A stretch of 37,457 nt of DNA from a virus. Numbering within the stretch: the first letter of the stretch is position 1; the number at the start of each line of letters is the position of its first letter. Below the pieces are notes generated by a model that was given only the letters and a program-made list of their open reading frames with translations, made no database searches and was not told the origin of the DNA. The DNA is taken from the UHGV virus genome UHGV-1707574. The stretch is one strand, 5' to 3'. This document shows positions 29,099 to 37,457 of the stretch, piece by piece. The translations under genes and the position numbers were made by a program.

Positions 29099-29407
29099 TC
29101 AATATACGATCTGGTCTACATGATCACCAAAATCATCGTCGTCGTCCTCATCGCCACCATCTACTGCTGGCCAATCAACAAACCAGCCAGCGTAAAGATG
29201 CAGCGTTCGGAGAACATCACTTGCGGGAGCATCAAGGGTGTTAACGAATCCCATATAGCTATTGGGATTTGCCCCAGCTATGGCTTCAGCGATCATGTCC
29301 TCGGTAATGTCACCGGAGATAATGCTTAAACGCCCGGAAACTTCTTCATTATCATCAAATTCGATAATGGCATCTCCACCTAATGGCGCTGCGATTTTAA
29401 TCTGCAT
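29099..29407 (-). CDS. Small acidic protein, 102 aa (last gene of the dar operon)
   Basis: ORF with poly-Asp tract DGGDEDDDDD; overlaps the upstream gene by 11 nt. Confidence 0.55.
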   Translation of the reverse strand: MQIKIAAPLGGDAIIEFDDNEEVSGRLSIISGDITEDMIAEAIAGANPNSYMGFVNTLDAPASDVLRTLHLYAGWFVDWPAVDGGDEDDDDDFGDHVDQIVY

Positions 29408-32384
29408 TATTTAGCTCCTTTGCCACACCTAATAACAGTTCCAGCAATCCGTCACCATTCATCAGTGATGCGGCAGCGGCCTCTTTGTCATGATACAACT
29501 GAAGAGCCATAGAGAATACTTCCGTTGCTGACGTTTTGGAAATAGTCGGTGATTTCTGCCGAATTTTCCCGGTGTTACTTACTGAGGCTGGCGGGTATAC
29601 CTTCGCCATATAAATATTACTCAATCGAGATCTGAAGCACCATTCAGGCTTGCCACGCCCACCGATATTGACGAAAGATGGCTTATCCCCTTCAACATTG
29701 GCCTTCAGGAATGACCGGGCTTTCTCTAACAAACCAGGGTTACTGTACTCAAGATGATGACCCAGCTCGTGCCACAGTGCACTTGCATTTTCATCGTTCA
29801 AATTGACAGCAACAACACCATTTAGATTTGCATATGCCCTTCCCTGGTGGTGAACTACCTTTGATAAGGTCGATATTTTCCCGCCAGTCAGGCGATAAAT
29901 ATCAGCAAGTTCCTTGCGCAGGTCTATCCCACCATTCTGTCCAGCGCGGGCTTCTTCCACTTCTTCTGTGATAAAAGAGTCGGCCCACTCAAGAGCTTTT
30001 TCTTCAGATACGGATGAGTTTGCGATCGCACTGTTCATGGCAGATAACACTTTCTCGTGGACCGAACCCATACTTCGCTGATTCATTTGCCAGCGTGTCT
30101 GCGGGTTATATGAGAATCGCTTAAGTAGTTGGTCAAGCTGCTCAAGTTCTTCTTCACTGACATACTTTTTAGCCTCACCAATAATGCCAGGGAGAATATT
30201 GCCGTTAGGATTAAACGCTCGCGAAAGGAAGAGTTTCAGCGCCCCCACGCCCTCCGATGCTTCAATATCACCAATAACCCGGTTAACAATGGCCGCACTC
30301 TTCGGATTAGCATCTGCCAACGCTCTGGCTACGATTTGCAGGGACGATACGACCTCACGCTGCATATCAGTCCTGATCTCATCAATAAACTCTGGCGTTA
30401 TGCCGTGCTCTTTAAGGATATCCCGGCCTTCCGCCGTTACCCCATCGATATCACCGACATGTTTATTAACACGACTTTGCAATGCCTTAAATGCCTTCAG
30501 AATTCCACGGGCATCATCCGCTTTACTAACGGCCTTCCTGAATGCTGGCAAGAAGTCTGAGTTAACCTCATTTTGTTGATCGGCCCACTGAATGGAGGCT
30601 TCTTTCATCTCGTCCAGAGTCAGATCACCCAACGCGGTATGGTCTGTGAATATGAGCGACAACCTCTGAACCATTTCTGCCAATGGTGATGCCGAATGCG
30701 CCGCGCTAAGGAATGCTTTCACCCTGGTTGGGCGAATGGAAAACCAGTCAATAGCTGGTGGCATATCTCCGTTTTTTATCGCCTGCGCTATCTCGTCAAA
30801 GCCATCGCGCCCAAGGGAGGATGCGTGATTTAACAAGCCGCGAAGTAACGAATTGCTGATACCGAATAATCGGCACCATTTTTTCACGTCGGCAACAGGC
30901 ATTCGAACAAAATGCGCAAGCACTTGTACAAGCTGTTCATCCTGGGGATCTGTGCGGGAAAGCAGCCTGATCAGATGAATAATGTCTTTGATGCCGGATG
31001 CCCGATGTAATAGCAAACTGGTATACGGAGCAACACCGTTGTAACTACCGCCGGAAACGGACTCGAAAAGACCGCCGGATATCCCTTGCATGCCTTCGTA
31101 TTCCAGTTCCTGAGACACCTGGCGAAGGATATCCTGTAACGACACATCGCCGCCGCCAAACATATCCCCGAGCGCCTGGCCCTGGTGCTGTAACTCATCA
31201 TTGATACGTTGCGCCATCAACTTAAAGGCGGTGGCCATACGCTTCGCGCTACGGTTATTCGCGACGATGAACAACGCGAGTGCTTTCACTTCCGGGGCCG
31301 TTTCGCTGAACATATCCCCCTGAGCAATAACATCGGTAATATGCTGGCCTGACTCCTTCGATTGCCTTACCAGGTCTACCGCATCTTTCAATGCCGCCAG
31401 CGCCTTTTTATCGAGGCTATCCGCTGTCTCAATGCCATCAACAATAGTTGTCACAGCCTGCTTGTGCGCTTCTCCTGATAAAGCCTGCATCTGGACAAAA
31501 TCATTGGCTGCCGCATTAAGCGCCGTCAGAACATTACGCATATCCGGATCAGGTTCTTCTGCAACCATCCTTACCAGGCGCGCATCCTTATATGCCTTGG
31601 CAAAGATCGCGTTTTGTATACGGTCAACAAGTTGCCGTGTTGGTCGCCCATCTTCAGTTACAAGGCCAGCCGCCTGTGTGGCACCAACTTGCGTCATGAA
31701 TCCGCGAATAAACGCGTCATTACTGCGGCTAAGCAGATCTCCGCTTTCTGACGGGTTAAACAACGCCATCATCGCCGGTGTTATGCTGTCGGCATCAACA
31801 AAAGCCTTTTCACTGGCTGCCATTTCCTGGAGATCAGAAATATTTGAGTCCTTGGCAAACTGAACACGGTCAACCTTCGTTAACCGGCGGCGCACCAGTA
31901 CCGGAGCCGTCATTGATTCAACCTTTTCAGGCCGTATGCCGAATTCGGTCGCATGTTCAATCAGGTACTCCCGATACCGATCCGCATTACCGTCCTGATA
32001 GGCTTTGATGATCCCCATGGTCCGTCCATTACCTGACTCAACGGCATTGTCCTCACCAATTATCGGCGCGCCATGGCTGGATAAACCGGAATCAGTAAGC
32101 TGAGCTGGCCGCAAATCTTTGGATATCTGGTTAACCTGAAGAAGGCTGGATGCGCGGGTCCGGTCGCGCGGCTGAAGTTCCTGGGGATAGTCAGGATTAA
32201 TTTTCCCATCCAGAGTATTGGATACCAAAAGAGCTGAGGCATCGACGATATCAAACGCTGTTTTTACCTCGTCTCCCTTCGCTGTCACCACATACGAAAC
32301 CCGCCCATAATCGGGCAGGTTCTTTAGCAGCTCGATCAGCGTTTCTATGCTGGTGGCCATTACCACCTGATCGCTTAAGCTCAT
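29397..32384 (-). CDS. ddrB: Large dar-operon protein, 995 aa (DdrB-like by synteny)
   Basis: 995-aa ORF; contains a WHELGHH (HExxH-type) motif near the C-terminus. Confidence 0.75.
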   Translation of the reverse strand: MSLSDQVVMATSIETLIELLKNLPDYGRVSYVVTAKGDEVKTAFDIVDASALLVSNTLDGKINPDYPQELQPRDRTRASSLLQVNQISKDLRPAQLTDSGLSSHGAPIIGEDNAVESGNGRTMGIIKAYQDGNADRYREYLIEHATEFGIRPEKVESMTAPVLVRRRLTKVDRVQFAKDSNISDLQEMAASEKAFVDADSITPAMMALFNPSESGDLLSRSNDAFIRGFMTQVGATQAAGLVTEDGRPTRQLVDRIQNAIFAKAYKDARLVRMVAEEPDPDMRNVLTALNAAANDFVQMQALSGEAHKQAVTTIVDGIETADSLDKKALAALKDAVDLVRQSKESGQHITDVIAQGDMFSETAPEVKALALFIVANNRSAKRMATAFKLMAQRINDELQHQGQALGDMFGGGDVSLQDILRQVSQELEYEGMQGISGGLFESVSGGSYNGVAPYTSLLLHRASGIKDIIHLIRLLSRTDPQDEQLVQVLAHFVRMPVADVKKWCRLFGISNSLLRGLLNHASSLGRDGFDEIAQAIKNGDMPPAIDWFSIRPTRVKAFLSAAHSASPLAEMVQRLSLIFTDHTALGDLTLDEMKEASIQWADQQNEVNSDFLPAFRKAVSKADDARGILKAFKALQSRVNKHVGDIDGVTAEGRDILKEHGITPEFIDEIRTDMQREVVSSLQIVARALADANPKSAAIVNRVIGDIEASEGVGALKLFLSRAFNPNGNILPGIIGEAKKYVSEEELEQLDQLLKRFSYNPQTRWQMNQRSMGSVHEKVLSAMNSAIANSSVSEEKALEWADSFITEEVEEARAGQNGGIDLRKELADIYRLTGGKISTLSKVVHHQGRAYANLNGVVAVNLNDENASALWHELGHHLEYSNPGLLEKARSFLKANVEGDKPSFVNIGGRGKPEWCFRSRLSNIYMAKVYPPASVSNTGKIRQKSPTISKTSATEVFSMALQLYHDKEAAAASLMNGDGLLELLLGVAKELNNAD

Positions 32385-32396
32385 CCCTGTTACGCC

Positions 32397-32762
32397 TTAT
32401 GCTGCCTCTTTAATGTTGGCGGCTATCCATGCCGCCGTGTGCTGTTTAACCTGGTCCAGGTCGATGTATGTGCCAACATATTGACTCAAATCCTGCAAGG
32501 TACCGATAAATGCATCGGTGCTCTGATCGACGAATTTATCAGCCAGGAAATCAGCAACCAGTTTTGGCACACCATCATGTACCGAAGGTTGTTTTTCCTC
32601 GCCACTACTGCCGCCGGACACACCGTACCCCATCTGTTGCATGATCTGGTCAATTTCATCGCTGATATCCAGCAACTCCATGCCACTCGCGGTAGCCGCT
32701 TTGGACATCAGAGCATCCAACTTATCGCTGAGATCCATTAACTCAATAGCTGATAGTGTCAT
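32397..32762 (-). CDS. ddrA: Small dar-operon protein, 121 aa (DdrA-like by synteny)
   Basis: ORF overlapping the darA stop by 4 nt. Confidence 0.6.
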   Translation of the reverse strand: MTLSAIELMDLSDKLDALMSKAATASGMELLDISDEIDQIMQQMGYGVSGGSSGEEKQPSVHDGVPKLVADFLADKFVDQSTDAFIGTLQDLSQYVGTYIDLDQVKQHTAAWIAANIKEAA

Positions 32763-34678
32763 ACCGCTACCCCCGCTTTCTGGATTGCTACCAGCAGATC
32801 AGCCAGGTGGCGAGCAGCGCCATTAACCAGCTCTTCGTTTTCCTCAAAACGCCCGGCAGCCTGAAGGGCTGCAATCGCTTCCCGGACATTACCCCGGGCG
32901 TTACGGATCTCCGCCATGTCAGTGCTTTGCATATCCATCACGTTATTGAGATATTCAATGGCTTTATTAGCCTCTGCATCTGCTTCGCTAACCGTTTCAT
33001 CAGGCTGTGCCGGGGCAGGTTCTGGCTGAGTAATCTCACCGACTTCGGCCTGCAATGCATTGATCATGCTCTGCACCATTTTCTCGGTGCCAGCGCCCCC
33101 CGGAAACGCAATATTGGGGAAAGTTTTTTGAAACTGAGTTTTCAGCATTACGCGGAACTCGTCTGGTGAGCTGGTGGCCAGATCCAGAGCTTTTTGTGCA
33201 TATTTGCCAAACGGACCATTAGTAAGTGTCTTCGCCAGGAAGTCGAAAGAATCCTCGCGAGGCAATAACTTCAGGTCGTACTCACTCATTTGCTGATCAG
33301 AAAGCGGGGTATCGTAAGTAGCAATGCCGTAGCGTGCATATTCATAATACGGGTCACCTTCATCAGGGCGCGGCAGAATTGCTTTGTTACCTTCAGGTAT
33401 TGCGCCAGGGGCCGCCGGACGCATTTGCAAGGCATATCGATATGCACCTACAGAGACTTCTGGTTCAGGCGAAGAGCTACCGGTATCCTCCGCTGGTTCA
33501 GGTTCGACGTTTTCCGGTTTATGTTCTTCTGGTTGGACCAGATATTCCGATACATTACCCGCTTTGTAGGCTTTAAACAGCTTGCCGATCGCATCTGCCA
33601 TGTCCACACCCTGTATGGATTTAGCCTTGATCATGTACACGCTGCCATCCGAATCGGTTAACTGGATATACCCTTCGCCGTCCTCAATGAATTGCTTCAT
33701 TGATGCACCATTACTGAGCGTCACTTCCCCGTCCATATGCATACGATTTTTGATACTGGCAAGGCGATCCGTCAGCGCGCGAGAGTGCCCACCAGTCATC
33801 CCCGCTGGAGCAATGGTATCGCGCCCACCAGTGCGATTGAGCTGATCAATCTCCGTCTGCAAACGCTCATTCTCTTCATAAAGAGAATCCGCTTCCGATG
33901 CAACAGCGTTAATTTTCTGCTCCAGATCTGCCTTCTGCCCTTCTACCGCTGCCACCTGATCCGCGAGGTCGCTCATGGCATCCTCTTTCTGGTCACTGTC
34001 AGCCTGTAGTTGGGTTATTTCATCAACAAGGGCTTTTTTCTTCTTCTGCGCACGCTGGAATTTTGCCGAGTTTTTCTCTGCAAGGTTGGCAAGTTTCATG
34101 GTGACCTGCGCCAGCGTCATATCACGTCCACTCATCGGAGCAACGGTGTGAGTAACGTCTTTTTTATTCAGTAAGAACTGGAAAGCAACCAGCGTATCGC
34201 TATTGGTGATCCGGTTTTCCGCTGTCGGGCTATGAAACAGAATGCTGATAGTCTGACCATCACTGAGCGGAATAATGGCTGGCAAGACCGGCAGCCCGTT
34301 AACGTTACGTGCCCGGCCAATTTCAGCGCCGCCGATCGCGCGCGCGCCGCTCTGGGCCACATCCCCCGTTTTATCACTCCCCGCAGAGATTCCGGTACCA
34401 TTCAGCTTCTGGTTCAATGCCCGGACAAATGCCTGCATGGTCCGGTGTAACTGCAAACGAGTAGAACTAATCGCCTCCAGTAAATCCGTAGCACACCAGT
34501 GGATCGGCGTGTCATAGAAGAACGTAGCCTCGATTTCCTCCAGGGTGTTGGATTCCGTCATCAGATAGCGGTCCTCACCGGCCATTAATGCGCGATATTC
34601 ATCATCAGTCACTGGCGGGGGAAGCACGTCAAGCCCAGGCTTGATCGTCACCCCTTTATTGATATTGAACTGTTCCAT
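32759..34678 (-). CDS. darA: DarA, capsid-internal anti-restriction protein, 639 aa
   Basis: 639-aa ORF; shares the segment AEKNSAKFQRAQ with the upstream hdf product (ARKNSAKFQKS). Confidence 0.85.
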   Translation of the reverse strand: MEQFNINKGVTIKPGLDVLPPPVTDDEYRALMAGEDRYLMTESNTLEEIEATFFYDTPIHWCATDLLEAISSTRLQLHRTMQAFVRALNQKLNGTGISAGSDKTGDVAQSGARAIGGAEIGRARNVNGLPVLPAIIPLSDGQTISILFHSPTAENRITNSDTLVAFQFLLNKKDVTHTVAPMSGRDMTLAQVTMKLANLAEKNSAKFQRAQKKKKALVDEITQLQADSDQKEDAMSDLADQVAAVEGQKADLEQKINAVASEADSLYEENERLQTEIDQLNRTGGRDTIAPAGMTGGHSRALTDRLASIKNRMHMDGEVTLSNGASMKQFIEDGEGYIQLTDSDGSVYMIKAKSIQGVDMADAIGKLFKAYKAGNVSEYLVQPEEHKPENVEPEPAEDTGSSSPEPEVSVGAYRYALQMRPAAPGAIPEGNKAILPRPDEGDPYYEYARYGIATYDTPLSDQQMSEYDLKLLPREDSFDFLAKTLTNGPFGKYAQKALDLATSSPDEFRVMLKTQFQKTFPNIAFPGGAGTEKMVQSMINALQAEVGEITQPEPAPAQPDETVSEADAEANKAIEYLNNVMDMQSTDMAEIRNARGNVREAIAALQAAGRFEENEELVNGAARHLADLLVAIQKAGVAV

Positions 34679-34679
34679 G

Positions 34680-35291
34680 TTAATTTCCTGCTTTCAGTTG
34701 CTTAAGACGGCGTTTGAGTTCGCCATTTCGGGCCTTTTCGTTATTGAGTCGGCCTGTCTCCTTATCCAGCTTCGCCCGCAAATCAGTGATCTGCTGTTGA
34801 TTGAAAGACACCGAGTTCTGCGCTGATTTATAAGCGGCAACCACCTGAGCATTCCGCTGTTTTGCCTCTTGCAGGCGCTGAAAGTTGGATTTTACTGCCG
34901 GTTTCTTGTCTACCGGATTGGCAACACGTTTCGCTTTGGCGATCAGTGATTTCTGGAATTTTGCGGAGTTTTTGCGGGCCGCTTGCCCCATGACGGTACC
35001 AAGCGTCTTGATATCCGGCGATTGAGCGTTAGGAATAGCTTTTCCATTCAGCCTCACAGACGATATATCGCCAGTATCGTTTACCTGTATGGCAAGAATT
35101 TGTCCGTCGTTAAGAACCAGCTTTGCGGTTTTAACTTTAACGCCATCTTTCGTTGTTGCGCGGTTGCTGGAGTCAACCTCAATTACCGTAACACCGGTTT
35201 TATTGATCGCCGCGATAAGGGATTTCAGCCCCTTTTCATTAACCTGGTCAAAATCGACCGTTGCATACTTATTTTTCGTCATCTGACACAT
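34680..35291 (-). CDS. hdf: Hdf, homolog of a DarA fragment, about 200 aa
   Basis: Similarity to a DarA internal segment seen directly in the sequence; start at ATG 35291 or 35282. Confidence 0.7.
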   Translation of the reverse strand: MCQMTKNKYATVDFDQVNEKGLKSLIAAINKTGVTVIEVDSSNRATTKDGVKVKTAKLVLNDGQILAIQVNDTGDISSVRLNGKAIPNAQSPDIKTLGTVMGQAARKNSAKFQKSLIAKAKRVANPVDKKPAVKSNFQRLQEAKQRNAQVVAAYKSAQNSVSFNQQQITDLRAKLDKETGRLNNEKARNGELKRRLKQLKAGN

Positions 35292-35712
35292 CCTGTGCGA
35301 GATTTATTACGTAACTTCTGCGGATTTGCTGAGTAACAGGGAAAATCCGATACAACGGGTTAATGAACGAGTCGCCATGCGTAACCATGACGTTGAAATG
35401 CCACAGTCGCTCTCCTTTACCCATATATTCAGTGGGTATGTACAACCATTCACTGTTTTCGCCCTGTTCAGCCGACGTCAAACAACGTTGTTCGCCTTCA
35501 ATCACTGTCGTCGGCTTCTGAACATCGCGGATCCAATATCTGACCGTTGCGCCGCGCAAAAACGGGAATTTAGACCGGTATTTGAACGGCACCCGGATGA
35601 AACCCGGTTTAATTTCCACATCACCAAGTTCTAAATGCGTGATGTCCTTGCGTTTTAGCAAATAGCGATCGGCTAAGGCTAACGCAAGAACGCATACACC
35701 CCAGCCAATCAT
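35269..35712 (-). CDS. lydB: LydB-like antiholin, 147 aa (by synteny)
   Basis: Soluble 147-aa ORF immediately downstream of the holin-like gene, 4-nt overlap. Confidence 0.6.
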   Translation of the reverse strand: MIGWGVCVLALALADRYLLKRKDITHLELGDVEIKPGFIRVPFKYRSKFPFLRGATVRYWIRDVQKPTTVIEGEQRCLTSAEQGENSEWLYIPTEYMGKGERLWHFNVMVTHGDSFINPLYRIFPVTQQIRRSYVINLAQDVSDDEK

Positions 35713-36038
35713 TTCCCGCCTCCCTTTTTCACCAAACTTGTAAGAACATTCAGAATGCTATCGATATTCACTCGTTTCATCCCTGAAATCACCTCATGAC
35801 CGTTATTGCTGGCTATCGTTACCATTAAGTACGTAATGGATAACTCCCAGCCCTCGTGTTGCCCCAATAGGTACGCCACCGCGCCAGCTGTCACTGCAAC
35901 AAAGATCTCCGTAACCAATCCCAACAAATTGCCAGACTGGCGACCGTCTCGGACATCCATCAGGAACGTGCCTATCCCACCAATTACTGAAAGCAGGAGC
36001 GCAATAGCAACTGGAGCTAATTCCTGTGTGTCAAGCAC
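35709..36038 (-). CDS. lydA: LydA-like holin, 109 aa
   Basis: Two hydrophobic helices (AIALLLSVIGGIGTFLM; VTEIFVAVTAGAVAYLLG), charged C-terminus. Confidence 0.65.
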   Translation of the reverse strand: MLDTQELAPVAIALLLSVIGGIGTFLMDVRDGRQSGNLLGLVTEIFVAVTAGAVAYLLGQHEGWELSITYLMVTIASNNGHEVISGMKRVNIDSILNVLTSLVKKGGGK

Positions 36039-36112
36039 AAGTTCCCTCCTACGTTGTCAGGAGGTAATGGTATGCAAAGTAACTTCTCAACCGGTTATGT
36101 TGCATAAGAGAC

Positions 36113-36376
36113 TTACCTATTCAACCGACTTTTGGAACCTTCAATAATAAGCCTGCTATTGGCGCTGAAAATAAGAACCATGCAGCTCTGAAGGCTTTCA
36201 TTCATATCCTTATATTCCGCGAGATACATGCCAATAAAGCCAGCAAGTACGGCGGAAATACATTCGGCCAGCAATTTCTTGCATGAAGACTCGTAACGGT
36301 TTTCACATAGCCCACTCAAATACGAATACACCCCACCAAGAAGGGATAACATCACGATATGTACATAAAATGTCAT
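36113..36376 (-). CDS. Small membrane protein, 87 aa, heading the lyd/dar operon
   Basis: ORF with two hydrophobic segments; function unassigned. Confidence 0.45.
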   Translation of the reverse strand: MTFYVHIVMLSLLGGVYSYLSGLCENRYESSCKKLLAECISAVLAGFIGMYLAEYKDMNESLQSCMVLIFSANSRLIIEGSKSRLNR

Positions 36377-36811
36377 TTTTTACCTATACAACAGTAAGTT
36401 GAACAACATCTGAGAACGGTATGCACTTTGTGATTTCCACACACACTGGTTTTGTTAATTAAAACCTGTAGCTTGCAATAAATAACGATAGTGGGCAGAA
36501 AATATGCTAATAGGCTATGTACGCATATAGACAAATGAACAAAACACAGCTAGGCAGTGAAAAGCACTTGAAAGCGCAGGATGTGAGCTAATTTTTGCGA
36601 ATAAGGCGAGCAGCAAAAAGGCTGGGCACCCTGGGTTAAAAAAGGTTCTGCGTATGCTTTCCAGAGGTGATACCCTAGTCTCGGGCTAGGGACAACATTT
36701 CGAGGACAGTTTTCATTAGCGGTCAGCAGGCGCTAGATACATCGAATTGATGTGCCGCGCGATAAATGTACCTATTCTATCAAGATAAATTACACCGACG
36801 CGGCATTAGAA

Positions 36812-37384
36812 TTACAGCTCAGATTGAGTTTGGCGCTTCTCTACAGGATGATAACGATAAATCGTCGATACACCGATATCGTAAATAATTGCCAACTGTT
36901 TCCTGCTGTAGCCATTTTCGATCAACCTCGCTATTTGCTCATGTTGTTCTTTTGTCAACTTCGGGCGACGTCCGCCAATGCGTCCCTGTTCGCGTGCAGC
37001 TGCCAGTCCGGCCAGTGTTCTCTCAACAATTAATTCACGTTCCATTTCTGCTAAAGCCCCCATGACGTGAAAAAAGAAACGCCCCATGGGTGTTGATGTG
37101 TCAATACTGTCTGTCAGACTACGGAAATTAACACCTTTTTCCCGCAACTCCTCTATAAGCGTGATAAGGTGTTTCATACTTCTGCCAAGCCTATCCAGCT
37201 TCCAGACAACCAGCGTATCTCCTTCTGATAACGTTCTGAGCAGCTTTTTCAAGCCTGGTCTGGCTGACTTTGTTCCGCTTATTTTATCTTCAAAAATCAG
37301 TTCACATCCTGCGCAGTTCAGTGCATTTCTTTGTAAATCTGTGTTTTGGTCATTTGTTGACACACGAATGTAGCCAATTTGCAT
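36812..37384 (-). CDS. cin: Cin serine invertase (C-segment DNA invertase)
   Basis: MQIGYIRVSTNDQNTDLQRN...DRLGRSMKHL... serine recombinase catalytic motifs and C-terminal HTH; ATG 37384 with AGAGG SD. Confidence 0.9.
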   Translation of the reverse strand: MQIGYIRVSTNDQNTDLQRNALNCAGCELIFEDKISGTKSARPGLKKLLRTLSEGDTLVVWKLDRLGRSMKHLITLIEELREKGVNFRSLTDSIDTSTPMGRFFFHVMGALAEMERELIVERTLAGLAAAREQGRIGGRRPKLTKEQHEQIARLIENGYSRKQLAIIYDIGVSTIYRYHPVEKRQTQSEL

Positions 37385-37433
37385 GAAAAACAACCTCTTT
37401 GTTTAGTTAAAAATACATCGTTGGTATAGGTAG

Positions 37434-37457
37434 GGATTAAGACTAAAACGTTGGTTT
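37434..37457. other. Possible partial cix crossover site at the window edge
   Basis: ...CTAAAACG-TT-GGTTT resembles Din-family half sites (AAAACC-NN-GGTTT); truncated by the window end. Confidence 0.3.

Overview
This window is a contiguous stretch of a P1-like (Punavirus-type) temperate phage / phage-plasmid genome that runs across the conventional P1 map origin. Most of it is recognisable P1 core. Left arm (+ strand): hot, LexA-boxed humD, phd-doc addiction module, lpa, pacA/pacB terminase with the GATC-hexamer pac site, then c1 and coi on the - strand. Centre: loxP, cre, ref and a mat-like gene. Right arm: lxc-ulx-darB (-), prt-pro (+), lyz (-), ssb (+), then the dar/lyd anti-restriction and lysis operon (-) and cin at the right edge. 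Near-canonical C1 operators (ATTGCTCTAAT core) sit at lpa, c1/coi, cre/ref and ssb. Two places are not explained by the core backbone. (1) Between mat and lxc, where P1 carries its type III res-mod genes, there is a single, strongly AT-rich 435-aa gene (13167-14474) whose N-terminal half has SIR2/ThsA-type NADase hallmarks and whose C-terminal half I cannot assign. I read this as a standalone candidate anti-phage defence gene in the variable slot, and it is the best candidate for an undescribed system. (2) Between ssb and the dar operon there is a three-gene cassette (26514-29067) containing a protein with a DUF2829/Tad2-like C-terminal domain and a truncated paralog of the PacB terminase ATPase with substituted Walker A/B residues. 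All gene names are assigned from sequence recognition and remembered P1 synteny; no database search was run. No rRNA, tRNA, CRISPR array or IS element was found.
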